Shown here: positions 1 through 14,323 of the stretch, in pieces
Layout of the letters: every line of letters begins with the position of its first letter
Position numbering within the stretch: position 1 is the first letter of the stretch
NCBI GenBank assembly: GCA_964016885.1
Contig: OZ024741.1
Span: forward strand, 189,472,001 to 189,536,000
From: Eledone cirrhosa
Lineage: Eukaryota
Direction: 5' to 3'
DNA length: 64,000 nt
Position numbers and translations under genes: made by a program
Notes under the pieces: model-generated
Seen by the model: only the letters and a program-made list of their open reading frames with translations
What the model was told of the DNA's origin: nothing
The model's database searches: none

Positions 1-858
1 GAAGAACATATACCAAGAACAACGTGTTGCTGTGTGATAAAAAAAATGTGTGCATATGCAGGCATGTAAAACAGCAAAGAATGTGAATGAACAAAAACCA
101 TGAGCAAGTAAATAGCAAAAGAGCACAAAACAAGTAAATGCATTCTACAAAGAAATATGTGAATGTAACAAACTGATAATTCAAAGTCAATCTAGGGGAG
201 CAGAGAAATTGCTCAATAAGTTCAAAGTTTTTCAAAGTCAAATAGTTCACACATCACCAGTGTACAGACACTAGTTCTATCTGAAAACTGAAAAAGAAGT
301 TTGTTAATGCCGTTAGGGGTTAGATGTATGGTGTTTTTGTGAGATTTCGTGGCCATCTTACCGTCCCGCCACACGGTAGTGTTGCTTATTGTTAAAGTAA
401 TGTCAAAGAATCTTCTGTAGAGTAGGAGTCACCAAATATGGCAGTCACGTCTGACGCCATAATGGTGAGAAAACTACTGTCTCAATTTCTCGCGTCCCTG
501 TGGTAACGAGACAGAAGGTATGGTGGTTGCGTCGGTAAAGTTACAAGCCGTTTTGAAATTTCCGATGTGTGGTGGTTGGCGTCGGTAAGGTTATGAAGCT
601 GCCACTCACTGTTCCCTGTATTGGTCAGTGATTAAACAACGCTGTCGCTGCTGCTGTCATTGTTGTTGTCAAGCGTAGCCATGACATGTCGGTAGCCATC
701 TTGAAATTTTTTCGTGGCGAAAAAGTTTTTGAAATACTGCTAATTTTTCAAAAATCTTAAAAGGAATATTCTGGATTTTCGCTATTGCGACGTGGCAATA
801 AAAGTCAAACTGAATGAATAAGAAGGGCTCCGCGATATTCTTACATCGGTCACCACTT
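1..858 (-). mobile_element. Internal 5' leader of the same LTR element, running off the left edge; no long ORF
   Basis: Follows the PBS. Shares the motifs AAAAATTAGCAGTATTTCAAAA (~726-748) and TTTCAAAACGGCT (~546-558) with the leader of the Gypsy at 34671-34697. Confidence 0.6.
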
Positions 859-1091
859 TAGCAGTATTAGTTGTAGATGTTATCGAGATACGAGTGACAT
901 AATAATTATTTCAACAGCAGAAATTAGAGATGAAATATACGTTTATTTTTTGATGTAGCACAAACAATGGTGTTGTACAGAGGCTGGTTTCTGGCGTGTG
1001 ATCAGTCGGCTTTCCAGTGGCTGTCTGTCTTTTCTTTCTGGCGTTCCTAACCGGCGTTGTTCTATCAAGGAGCGTGAGGCGTCTTACTACA
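859..1091 (-). mobile_element. 5' LTR (~233 bp) of a Gypsy-like LTR retrotransposon inserted into the Tx1/L1 RT region
   Basis: The minus strand starts TGTAGT at 1091, exactly where L1 RT homology stops (the same start as the 33961 LTR). It contains AATAAA, ends ...CTGCTA, and is followed by AAG-TGGTGACC, a tRNA-Trp-like PBS. Confidence 0.7.
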
Positions 1092-2310
1092 AGTCCGTCC
1101 AGCGCCCGACTATGCTGTTGGATGGCATGGACCTGCCTCACCAGGTGCAAGCCCACCGACTTTTCCTGGTTGATCATTGCTCCTGTCACCGCTTCGTATT
1201 CTCTTAGTGTAGTGCCGATCGCCTCGATGTGTTTGGCGTTTGACACCACTATGGTGACATCGTCTGCATATGCTGACACAGATCTTCCGCACCCTAGTTC
1301 ACACGGGACCCCCCTCAACGTCTCCAGTTTGTGCAGTAATGGCTCGAGAGTCAATACGTACAACAGGGACCGAGCACATGATGTTGAATGGTTCTGGGTG
1401 GACCAAGCACATGATGTTGAATGGTTCTGAAAGGTAACCATTCACTTTCACCACAGAGCAGATGTCGCTGTGCATGGCAGTGATCCAGCCTCTGAAGATG
1501 GGCCCAAAGCCAGCTGCCCTCAGGAGTGCCACCTGATAACGATGGTCGACCCTATCGAACGCTTTCGACTGATCTAAATTGATCAAGGAACCACCCGTGC
1601 CAGGTTCCCTAGCTACTCTCTCCACGATGTATCGCATGAGGTGGAGGTTGTTGTGGATGGATGTCTGGAATGGCGCATGTCTGCGCCTCTCCGACCAGAC
1701 CACCAACGACAAGCACCAACCTCTTTGCTAGCACCTTGGCCAAAATCTTGAACTCTGTGTTTAACAGAGTTATGGGCCTGAAATTATCTATGTTATCCCC
1801 CTTGTTCGGAGCAGGTTTGCAAGGCTTTTACACCCTCCTCCCCTATCCCTAATCCCACACAGTCCCAGCGTGCATCTAAGATCCCGTTCCAGTCGCCCAC
1901 TAACACTAAAGAGCGAGACGTTCCAAGAAAGGTCCCCAGACGCCGGAAGAAATCATTCCGCCCTGCTCCTGTCGGGGAATAGACGGCTACTAGCCTGAAA
2001 GCTTGCCCGTCTCCGCTGGTCACGTCCAGCACTACCAACTTACCTTCTGGGTTCAGGAAGATGGCCTGTATGGCGAGATCCAAGCCTCCCCAAAAAAGCA
2101 CAGCAACTCCTCCCCCCGATCCTGGACGGCTGGGAGATGCGTACACATCGTAGCCACCGAAGATCGGGGTGAAGGCTCGTGCTTCGGATATTCTGGTCTC
2201 GCTGATGGCCTCCACATCTATGTTTAGTGACCTGAGGTCATTGAGCAGGTGGCCCTGCTTCCATGACGACCCCAGGCCACGCGCATTTATGCTGCCTATT
2301 CTGAGGTCAT
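1092..2310 (-). pseudogene. LINE ORF2 remnant (APE endonuclease plus RT)
   Basis: ORF pieces 1793-2215, 1299-1712 and 911-1441 carry APE/RT motifs in different frames. A short tandem duplication lies at ~1374-1428. Confidence 0.85.
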
Positions 2311-2688
2311 GTTGAAAAGGAGTGGAAAAAGATGGGAAAGACCACTTACCTCACTTCTCATGGAGGAAGGATCGTTTTTCCGTCCTTCTCACTACTTGTG
2401 GCCTCCTCCGGAAGGATGTTTTTATAAATCCTCCTGGAGAGTGTTTGTCGGAAATCTCCGATGTCCTTGGGGAATTTTAATTTTAGTGTCGTGTACGTTT
2501 TCTGTGTGATGCGAGTGATTTGCATGTGTGGAGGTGATGTGAATTTTTGGGGTGTTGTGTAATTTATTTCTGTGATGCTGGTGTTGGATGTAGTGTAATA
2601 ATTGGTTATGGTTCAAATTTAATGCTGTGTAGTGTGTAGCGTTTTGGTTGCTTTGTTTTGTTTGCATTTGTTGTGGGTTTGTTTCTGT

Positions 2689-4283
2689 TTAGCTTGTTGG
2701 TGATTTTTGTGGTGTTGGTGATGGTGGTGTTGGAGTTAATGATGGTGATGGTGTTGGTGTTTGTGGTGATGGGGCTGGTGATGCTGGTGTGGGTGGCATA
2801 GATGTCTTAATTTGTTTGTTTGTTTGTTTGTTTGCTTCACCCTGCATTTTGTTTTTGGAGGGCGAAGGAAGAGGATTTTTTCTTTGGGGTTTTTTTTTCT
2901 TTTTTCCTGATACAGTATCCCACTCCTCCTCGTCGTCACAATCCGTCTCCAGTTTCAATAGGTCGGGGAGTAGAAAATCCTCCACATGCGCTGGTTTTGG
3001 TTGTGGCGTGGTGGATGGTGGAGGCGCTGGTGCTAATTCTGGCGCGATGGGTGCTGGTGGTGTTGGTTTTGCTACCGTTGCTGCTACAGTTGTTGCTGCC
3101 ATTTCTGCTGCTGGTTTTGATGGTTGAGTCACTGGGGTGGTAGGAGAGGTGGCCTCAACTTTTTAGTCTGAGGGCAGAAAGCCTTTAGGTGGGTTACTTC
3201 ACCACAAACGACACACCTAGGCCTTCTATCCTCAATGATGAGGTGGCTGCCGTCATTGAGCTCTCTCACCTCTGGAATTTCCTCAATGTTTTTTTTGGTT
3301 TGCTTGGATCAGGAGCTCCATCCCAGATCCGGACTAGTTCTCCTGCTTTACTTTTGTTACCTCAATTATTTTGGTGTTGGCCTCGATGTCAGCGAGGACG
3401 GCAGCCATTAGCCAGAGAATTTCGATGGCAGGCGGAAAGTGGGTCACCCTTATCTTCACGAGTCTCTGACCACAATAGCTTGGGACGAGTGTGAACTCGT
3501 CACTTCTTAATGGGGCCATGGAGTGTTCTCTGGCTTCCTGTGGGGTTCCAAAGAACACGTCCACGGTTCCATATTTCTGCCCACGCCTGATGTGGGTTTT
3601 TTCGCCCACACATGTCCCAAAGCTTTTTGTATCTGGGACTCGGATGCCCGTTCCACTCAGCGTGATTTTGTGTTTATCGTCCGATATGACACGGTGCATG
3701 GGCACCTATGCTCCATTTTATAAGATGGGGGGGGGGGGGCTGACCCTGTACCCATCTTTTTTTACCATTCGCTTGGCTTCATTCAATTCATCCTGGCTTA
3801 CCTCGATTGCTTCGCTTTTCTTAGCTGCTTTGGCAAACGACACATTTTGTTTTGCGCTGGTGTTGATGTTGTTGTTGTTATTCTCATTGTTGTTGTTGTT
3901 GCTGTTGTTTTTATTGTTATTTGTGGTGGTGTCAGTGGTGTTCAGCGTGGAAGAGTCGATTCTGGGTGAATCCATTTCGATGTCACGAGATATAATTTAT
4001 TTTTTGTTTCTATTGTCGCTGTGGTGGTGGTGGTGGTGGTATCAGTGGTGTTGGTTGTTCTTTTTGACATTGTGGTGGTAGTCGGGATCGCAGCTTTAAC
4101 ACCTGCAGCTATTGGTAATGGCGGGAAATCCACGTCTGTATGCAGCAAATTCAAATAATTGAGACTGCCATTAATTACATTTTCAGTATTGGCAACCGTG
4201 GCAAGGCTCACAATGGGGATGGTGGTGGGGGATGCTAGTCTGCTAGAAACAGGAGATTTGTCGTCCATGTTTTTTTTTTTCAA
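2689..4283 (-). pseudogene. LINE ORF1 remnant (low-complexity N-terminus, RRM-like segment, Pro-rich C-terminus)
   Basis: ORF pieces 3942-4283, 3718-3975, 3334-3705 (KYGTVDVFFGTPQEAREHS) and 2689-3132 lie upstream of APE, with frameshifts at homopolymer runs. Confidence 0.6.
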
Positions 4284-4486
4284 AGAAATATTTTGTTTGA
4301 TAAATAAAAATCTTTAAATTTTGGGCTCAAGGCCCCAATATTATTGAGTGTCCTTTTCAGAAAGCAATATATGTGAACTTATAATCACTTAACAACAAAA
4401 TCTTTCCATAACTGGCAATTTGAAACAACTGAAAACAACAAACCTTTACGGAGCTCACTATAATATGATTTCCTACGTAGGTCGCC

Positions 4487-5661
<1,175 letters not shown>

Positions 5662-5689
5662 GGAAGCACCAGAGATTATTGTATACAGC

Positions 5690-5930
5690 GCTCAGGTGCA
5701 CTACAACTCGTCAAAGGTGCATGTATAGTTCATAGAATAATATACAAATGTCAGGGAAGTGAATAGTGTGAGTCATGATATACATGTGTGCGTGTGTAAG
5801 GAGGGGGAATATTAGGTGTAGTGTTGGCGAATCTCAGGAAGCATGGAGGTTTTAAAGGATGCAGTGTTTCAACGGCTAATAACTGATGCAGGTAGTTTGT
5901 TCCATTCTTCAGCAACTCTGAGCGTGAAAA
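5690..5930 (-). mobile_element. CR1-clade LINE 3' end fragment
   Basis: Minus-strand translation FTLRVAEEWNKLPASVIS.NTASFK resembles the CR1 ORF2 C-terminal motif. Confidence 0.55.
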
Positions 5931-6200
5931 TATGAGATACCCCAACTGTGGAAAATGAAAAAGGTGAAGATAGTGCCGATTGTTGTTGGGGCCTTGGGGG
6001 CAGCATCAAAAGACATTAAGAGGAATATAAAGAAAATGGGAATTGAGTGTCTAGTAGAGCTATTGCAAAAGGTTTGCTTCCTTGGCACAGCCAGGATTAT
6101 CAATAAACTAGATAGTGGAAGAATACAAATAGCATGGTAATATAGGCCACAGGTAGCAATGCCACTACTCATGCAAGAATCCAGGAGTTCCAACCTATTA
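5928..6200 (+). mobile_element. Dong/R4-type LINE 3' end fragment (C-terminus of restriction-like endonuclease)
   Basis: KYEIPQLWKMKKVKIVPIVVGALG...LQKVCFLGTARII matches the R4/Dong C-terminal motif. Confidence 0.7.
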
Positions 6201-6226
6201 TAGGGATAAGTACGGCTATATATACA

Positions 6227-6364
6227 GGCATGGCTGTGTGGTTAAGAAGTTTGGGGTTTCGTCCTACAGAGTAGCACCCTCGGGAATGTCTTCTACTACA
6301 GCCTCAAGCCAACCAATGTTTTATGAGTGAATTTAGGAGTCAGAAACTGTAGAAGTTCACTGTA

Positions 6365-6446
<82 letters not shown>

Positions 6447-6450
6447 TGCA
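6227..6450 (+). mobile_element. Degenerate tRNA-derived SINE with (TG)n tail
   Basis: Head GGCATGGCTGTGTGGTTAAGAAG (A-box-like), followed by a long (TG)n. Confidence 0.5.
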
Positions 6451-7019
6451 TGTGTTTTCTTCTCATACATCTTTGCATTAACACCATTTAAATAAGTAGT
6501 CATTTGTTTATGTCCAACATAAACAGTATGCCTTAACAGTTCAGCAGTTCAATGAGTACTTTACTTTAAAAACAAAAAAAATGTAAGGCCTAACAGCAGG
6601 AAGTGTATTTGCCTGTAGAATACTGTCTCAAAATATTCATGTCCAACCGTTATCAGTACAGAAAAAGAGGATGTAAAAACAATGATAGCAGTAGCAATTC
6701 TACTATACTCCACCATTGCTACCATAACTGTAATCATGAATAATATCTTCTATCTGTTCAGTTCTATTCACTGGTATAAAGTCATGTTAACATTGCTAGC
6801 TACTAACTCTACCACAAGACAAAGGAGCCTCTACATGGTAACTTGACATACTAGAAATAGCAGCCAAATTGCCATCAAATCATATCCTACACATATCCTT
6901 TAGAATGAACATGTGTATAATGTGATCATGGGGTCCCAGCACATAGGAAAGCCACATGGGATGGTGATAGTTAAAATGTCTTTGATCATAAGGTCTGCTT
7001 AATCAAGGTTGACCTGGGA

Positions 7020-7170
7020 TCAAACAACAACAGCAACAGCTACTTCCACAATGACTAACACCACTACTACTGCTACTGCTAGCAACATTACTACTAGTAG
7101 TACTACCACTACCACATCCAACCACTATTACCACTTCCAATATAACCAACACCACTACCCACCACCAACA

Positions 7171-7238
<68 letters not shown>

Positions 7239-7241
7239 ATG

Positions 7242-7284
<43 letters not shown>

Positions 7285-7285
7285 T

Positions 7286-7319
<34 letters not shown>

Positions 7320-7335
7320 AATATATGTATGTATG

Positions 7336-7369
<34 letters not shown>

Positions 7370-7437
7370 TATATACATCACATGACATATAGTAATAGCT
7401 ATCTAACCCCTGCTAGCGTGGAAGATAGCCGTTAAAC

Positions 7438-7498
<61 letters not shown>

Positions 7499-7617
7499 CA
7501 TTAATACTATGCTAATATAAACATAGTTGCCTACTTCAGACAGTTTTAGATATCATGAGTGGGTGGGGGATGAATTGGTTCATGTTCTTCTAATATATAC
7601 ATACATACATACATACA

Positions 7618-7652
<35 letters not shown>

Positions 7653-8050
7653 TAATATTTTGGAAACTCTGCTTCGTAGAATCGAGACCTATCTGAGGAC
7701 CTTGTGATTTCAGAGTCAGGTTCGATCATTACATCGTCGCCAGAGAAACGATTATAATATATCTAATAAATTTTATTCGTTGCAACACTGATTCTCCATT
7801 TCTTATGTGATATATATATATATGTGTGTGTGTGTGTGAATGTGTGTGTGTCTGTGTGTCTGTCTGTGTACATATATGTGTGCTTGTGTGTGTTTGAGTG
7901 TGTTTGTGTGTGTTTGTGTGTGTGAGTGTGTGTGTGTGTGCATGTATGTGTGTGTCTGGGTGTCCGTGTGTGTATATGTGTGTGTGTGTGTGTCTGAGTG
8001 TCTGCATGTATAGATATGTGTGTGTGTGTATGTGTGTGTATGTGTGTGTA
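7020..8050. repeat. Compound microsatellite block: (ACT/ACC)n, (CA)n, (TA)n, (GAT)n, (CATA)n, (TG)n
   Basis: Directly visible simple repeats; these are the source of the spurious YIYI/HTHT ORFs. Confidence 0.95.
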
Positions 8051-8161
8051 GAAGTCATTTCTATATACATAATAAAGATGCCTATACTCTACCAATGTGT
8101 TGAGTACCTTTTTTAACTGTGGTTACCCCCTGGCGCAACTCCGGGAATCTCCATATATATA

Positions 8162-8990
8162 TGTAGCAAATAGAGATGTAGTGAAGTTGATGTTTTGGTT
8201 GTAGAGACAGAATGTAGAGTAGATATAGCAATGGAAGGAATTGGTTTATGTTTTTTGTTGTTCATTTGAGCGTGGCAGAGGTTATATAGTTTGTGTTGTT
8301 GGTTTGATGGGTGATTATAAAGAAGGTAAAATGTGTCCCATAATATAGCGCTGTGTGAAAAGCTGTGGAATGAACAAATAAAACATGATCACTACTAACA
8401 GAATTTTTATCAAGAAAATAGCTTACATCGAGTCTATTCAGACCTGTCAACTCTCCCCATCCAATGAGAGATCTCCCACCCACTTTAGGGTTGGTGAGAG
8501 ATGTCTTCTCTTGTGAAAATAGGTATAGCTTTCATTATGTAAAATTTCCCCATTTTGCCTCATTTCTCCCTGTTTGGGGACATTTTTTTTCATGGTACTC
8601 TCTGTTTGGGTTTTTAGAGGTTGGCAGGTCTGGCTATGGTTGATAAAACAGGAAAACAACAAAGAACCAAGTGGATTGTGTGTTATGTTTCTGTGGTTGG
8701 TTTGCGTGAATGTTGTAGTAGGCTGACCAGATGCATTGAACTAACCTCTATCGAAGTAGCCCTACCCTGTCAGAAGGGTTGGAGTGTTTAGCTAAGTGTT
8801 ACATTTCTCTACTTCTTGGGCAACTCAAAGTGATGTCCTTCTCTTCCAAGAAACCAGAGTTGAATGGCTTTAAGAAAATCTTATCTCCTTTAATCCCAAG
8901 TTAGCTAGTTTCTCCAGACTACTGGCACCAACATGAGATAAAGAAAAATACCACCTTGTGGGTCAGTATGTGTGGGGAGATTTCGCTACA
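8162..8990. mobile_element. Candidate solo LTR (~830 bp) inserted in (TA)n
   Basis: Begins TGTAGCAAAT and ends ATTTCGCTACA (TG...CA with imperfect inverted termini), with TATA on both sides. Confidence 0.5.
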
Positions 8991-9496
8991 TATATATGTA
9001 TTTATATATATCATCATCATTACCATCAACATCACTATTTCACATCTATTTTCCATGCTTGCATGGATTAGATGAGTTGTCATATTCTGAAGCCAGAGAG
9101 ATCAGATGACTGTGTCTCAATCATACATTCCATTTTTGGCTTGGTTCCTAAGACTATATATATACAATAGATTAGAAATCTATATAGAATTTTGCATGAT
9201 GACCATCTGCTAAAGAAAAAAGATTAAGAAATCTTGAAACAGCACTGTCTGTCATTCTCAACTGTACTGATAATTCTATGATATACACACAAAGAAAAAT
9301 AGACAAAATTTTTTTTTTTTGCTTCAAAAAAATAGTTTTCTTTGATAGCAAGGCTCTCCATATGTTTATTGTACATAGAAATATAGTATATGTTTATATA
9401 TTTTATACATATATATATATATGTTTATTCCAGGTTCAATCGGAGGTAACCACAGTAAGTAAGGTACTCAATACATAGCAGAGTATAAATGTTTAA

Positions 9497-9610
9497 TATA
9501 GAAATGACTTCTACAGGACTAGAAATCGTCAGGAAAGCCCAGGGCTTTCCTAATGATTTCCTCCAAATGAAACAGTTCTAGTCCTGTAGAAGCCATTTCT
9601 ATATTAAATA
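9497..9610 (+). repeat. Penelope-derived short inverted repeat with degenerate hammerhead core
   Basis: Arms AATATAGAAATGACTTCTACAGGACTAGAA / TTCTAGTCCTGTAGAAGCCATTTCTATATT. Core CTAATGA...GAAACAG-loop-CTGTA-GAAG. Related sequence occurs at 8051-8150 and 19140-19295. Confidence 0.55.
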
Positions 9611-9624
9611 TATATATATATATA

Positions 9625-10566
9625 AACAGAAAATTTCGCTCTACATGGCTGAATACAATAAATGTAATCTGAGTTTTTCAAATATTAATAATAACATTCA
9701 ATTCGATTGCAATGTTGCAAACAAGCCTCAATTTTATAGCCATGTCAGTAGAATGAACACTTCGTTCTTGCTCATGTGTTGGCATGTGAACAGAACTGCA
9801 GACACTAATGTTTCTGGGTATCACCCTTCATCAGTACAGCTCACTGTTCACCTGCCAAACTGTCAGAGCTAGTGAAAATATATGCTATTTTCAAAAATAC
9901 ACAGTGACTGATCGGCCTGATTTGCATATTAGCTCTGACAGTTTGGCAGGTGAACAGTGAGCTGTACTGATGAAGGGTGTGATACCCAGAAACATTAGTG
10001 TCTGCAGTTCTGTTCACATGCCAACACAAGAGCAAGAATGAAGTGTTCATTCTACTGACATGGCTATAAAATTGAGGCTTGTTTGCAACATTGCAAACAA
10101 ATCGAATGTTATTATTAATATTCGAAAAACTCAGATTACATTTATTGTATTCAGCCATGTAGACCAAAATTTTCTGTTTTATTTGAATTTGGCAAAGCCG
10201 GCCATTTATCACTCGTATACAGGAAACTGACTGGCCAGTCTGCTGATATGCAAATCTGGCTGATCAGTGGATCTGCTAATATGCAGATTTAACTGATCAG
10301 CCAGTCTGCTAATATGCAAATCAGGCCGATCAGTCGCTGTGTATTTTTGAAAATAGCATATATTTTCACTAGCTCTGACAGTTTGGCAGGTAAACAGTGA
10401 GCTGTACTGATGAAGCATTAGTGTCTGCAGTTCTGTTCGCATGCCAACACAAGAGCAAGAATGAAGTGTTCATTCTACTGACATGGCTGTAACATTGAGG
10501 CTTGTTTGCATAATTGCAAACGAATTGAATGTTATTATTAATATTCGAAAAACTCAGATTACATTT
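9625..10566. repeat. Triplicated ~250-300 bp unit in +/-/- orientation (fold-back)
   Basis: 9625-9871 is the reverse complement of 9930-10179, and a third reverse copy lies at ~10308-10566. ORFs 9645+ and 9841- share the peptide MAEYNKCNLSF. Confidence 0.9.
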
Positions 10567-11143
10567 ATATATATATACATTTCCCTAAAATGGCTGACTG
10601 AACTCACACATGCTTTTTCTCAAAAAGTGTTCTTTTCCATTCCTTCCTCTTCTAACTCTCTATCTTTCTATTTCCTTTTTTATTTCTTAGTGTATCTTCT
10701 GTTGAAGGACTAGTGTCTGAAACATAAAGACTATTTTCCTACTATATCAAACGTTAAACTAATATATTTCTTCATTTTAATGTGCTGTTTGCTTTGTTGT
10801 TTCCATTTACTTTTTGCATACATAATACAATGACGAAATTCAGTCAAATGGAATGTTGTGATAAGTGATATACACTGATGCAAGGCGATTGACTAAAACG
10901 CACTACTTTCATTTTATATCTATACTTCATTTGAGGATTTCATAATATAAATGAAGAAAAAAGAAACATTTAACTGATGATTTAACTCTAGCTATATTCA
11001 AATTAATGTTTAATATAAAAATTATTTCAAGTCCATTACACGTTTACATAAAAGTAAATTTGATCTTAGAACTTTTAAAACTCATTACTTAAATCTGTGC
11101 TTCTAGATAACAAAGGAATACAAAGAAGGAAAAAATTGGAAGC

Positions 11144-11217
11144 TGGCCAGAATGAGGATCAAACTCATAACATTTGGTTTATTAGCAGGATGTCTAATCA
11201 AACAGAGATAATCGACT
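11144..11217 (-). pseudogene. Degenerate tRNA-Ile(AAT)-like sequence
   Basis: The minus strand has the anticodon loop TGCTAATAA, T-arm GAGTTTGATCC and 3' end GGCCA, as in eukaryotic tRNA-Ile(AAU). The stems are heavily mutated. Confidence 0.55.
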
Positions 11218-11523
11218 TTTCATTGTTTAGAGTGTCTTTAGAAATTAAGGAGTAGACAGGACACAGACACACATACACGTGCTGAGACAAACATTATAAA
11301 AATATATAATAGATATATGAATGTAGTTAATAATAAAGGAGACTGTGAGACTAAGTATACTATACAAACTGAAGTATCAACTTTGTCAAATGATAAATAG
11401 AGCTACAAAATGTCAACACCAAACAGAAACAAAAAGATTTATTCTGGGACATCTTTTCTAACTTTATAAATAAATCATTTGCATTAGATACAAACACACA
11501 CTCTTACACATATGTGTGTGTGC

Positions 11524-11557
<34 letters not shown>

Positions 11558-11559
<2 letters not shown>

Positions 11560-12118
11560 TCATCATCATCATCATCATCACCGTTTTACGTCCGTTCTTC
11601 CACGCTAGCATGGGTTAGACGGGTTGTCCTGTTGTGGGCAGTGTCTGGTCGGCTGACCATGCCTTGCTCATACAGGAACTGATTTGGCTTGATTTCTACA
11701 GCTGGATGCCCTTCCTAACACCAACCTCATTTACAGTGAGTGCTGGGTGCTTTTTCGTGGCGCCTACATGTCCACTTTACAGTGTGGGCTGGGTGCTTTT
11801 TTGCCATGGCACCTCCACGACCACCTTGCGGTGAGGTGTGTGGGGGCATATTGTCTATATGCTTCAGCTTGTATCCATGGGAGGTCGGGTACTCTGTATT
11901 ACTAGTGACGCCAGAGGTCACAGTCGTGTGTCATCGCCTTTGAGAGGTGTAATTGGGTAAGGTCGGCTTTTATCACCTCATCCCAGGTCATCTTGGGTCT
12001 CCCCACTCTACAGTTTCCATCGACTTCTAGTGCTCTGCACCTTTTTATGCAGCTGTCATCCTTCATACGCATCACATGTCCATACCAACGCAACCGCCTC
12101 TCCTGCACACAGCATTTG
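11558..12118 (-). mobile_element. RTE-clade LINE 3' fragment with (GAT)n tail
   Basis: [14 protein letters not shown]...GRPKMTW; shared 3' UTR ending at CATCAT...CGTTTTACGTCC on the plus strand. Confidence 0.85.
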
Positions 12119-12119
12119 A

Positions 12120-12776
<657 letters not shown>

Positions 12777-12874
12777 ATGCTAATTGGGAGAGGAAACGAT
12801 ATATATTTTATCTGGTGATTCTATAGACATGTTTTAAGATATGTTACATATATATATATATACACATATATATA

Positions 12875-13853
12875 TCATCATCATCATCATCATCAACGTT
12901 TAACGTCCGTGTTCCACGCTTGCATGGGTTTGGACGGGGGTAGTCCCACTTGAGGCAAGAGTGATTGTCTTGCTCGCATAGGACTGTCTGGCAGGTTTTC
13001 TACAGTTGGATGCCCTTCCTAACACCAACCACATTTACAGTGTGGGTCTGGGAGGTTTTTACCGTGTTGCCTACACGGCCACATTACAGCGTGGACTGTG
13101 TGTTTTTTTGTCGTGACGCCTACACGATCTCATTTGTTTCGGCCTCGATGGCGCGGCACCAACATAACTTTACATAGAACGGGGTGGTGTGGATCGGGTG
13201 GGGGTGGTGGTGGTGGGACGGGGTGTATTTTGTTAGAGATGCCTACTGGCTGGAGTAGGTTTTACTATATATTTAGGTAAGGCGGGTCTTCTCTGTTACT
13301 GAGTACCGCCAAAGGTCTCGGTCCAGTGACATTGTCTTGGAGAGGTGTAAGTGTGTGATGTCGGAGTTTATCAGCTCGTCCCAGGTTTTTCTAGGTCTGC
13401 CTATTCCGTGACTACCGTCTATCTTTATTGCCCTGCACTTTGTTATACAGCTATCGACTTTCATGCGCATCACGTGTCCATACCAACGTAGCCTTCTCTC
13501 GAGTAAACAACATCTGATCCCTCTTATCTCTAATTTTTTCCTTAGTTCGTTTATGCTTTGCGGTTCACGTATAATACTATTACACATCCAGCGGAGCATG
13601 CAAGCTTCGTTCCTCTCTAGTCTGCGTATATCCTCTGCACACAATGCCCAGGTCTCACTGCCATGCAGCATTGCTGTTCGTATGCAGGCATCGTACAGCC
13701 TGGCTTTCATTTTTAGAGAGAACCCTTTAACAGCTAATAGTGGTATAAGCTCTCTGAACTTTTTCCAACCAGTTCTGACTCTAGCTACGGTACTTTCAGA
13801 GCACCCTCCCCCACTGCTGATTTTATCGCCCAGGTAACGGAAGCTGTCCACTA
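12875..13853 (-). mobile_element. RTE-clade LINE 3' fragment (~1 kb)
   Basis: ORF 13273-13917: [35 protein letters not shown]. (CAT)n tail at 12875. Confidence 0.9.
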
Positions 13854-13939
13854 TACATATATATATCATCATCCTCATCATCATCACCGTTTTACGTCCG
13901 TTCTTCCATGCTAGCATGGGTTATGATGATGATATATAT

Positions 13940-14268
13940 ATGGCTTAGTGGTTAGAGCATTGGCCTTGCAATCGAAAGGTTGTGAGTTCAATTCTCAGAC
14001 CGGGTGATGTGTTGTGTCCTTGAGCAAGACACTTTATTTCACATTGCTCCAGTTTACTCAGCTGTAAAAATGAGATGATAGGGACTGGGGTCCCTATCAT
14101 TCCACTGTAAAGTGGTCGTGTAGGTGCCATGGCAAAAAAGCACCCAGCACTCACTGTAAATGAGGTTGGTGTTAGGAAGGGCATCCAGCTGTAGAAATCA
14201 AGCCAGAATCAGTTCCCGTCCCACCCTTGCAAGCAGGGAAAAGTGGACGTAAAATGATGATGATGATG

Positions 14269-14272
<4 letters not shown>
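13940..14272 (+). mobile_element. tRNA-derived SINE with RTE-derived 3' tail
   Basis: A box TGGCTTAGTGG and B box GAGTTCAATTC; the 3' part matches the RTE 3' UTR (GTTAGGAAGGGCATCCAGCTGTAGAAA) and ends in (GAT)n. Confidence 0.8.

Positions 14273-14323
<51 letters not shown>

Larger units (their letters stand above)
1092..4486 (-). mobile_element. Decayed Tx1/L1-clade LINE (5' UTR, ORF1, APE, partial RT)
   Basis: APE motifs GSINARGL, AISET, LVAVYSP and LVGDWN; RT motifs NFRPITLLN, LDQSKAFDRVDH and AYADDVT. Multiple frameshifts, and an internal deletion joins APE to RT near 1815. The 5' boundary is inferred from the adjacent (TTA)n. Confidence 0.85.

Noticed and set aside
911-1441. 176-aa ORF as an intact gene
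   Set aside because: It is a chimera of an RT fragment and read-through into the inserted LTR.
5860-5915. CTGAAGA...GAAA on the minus strand as a hammerhead
   Set aside because: It is better explained as CR1 ORF2 coding sequence (AEEWNKLPASVIS) and has no proper stems.
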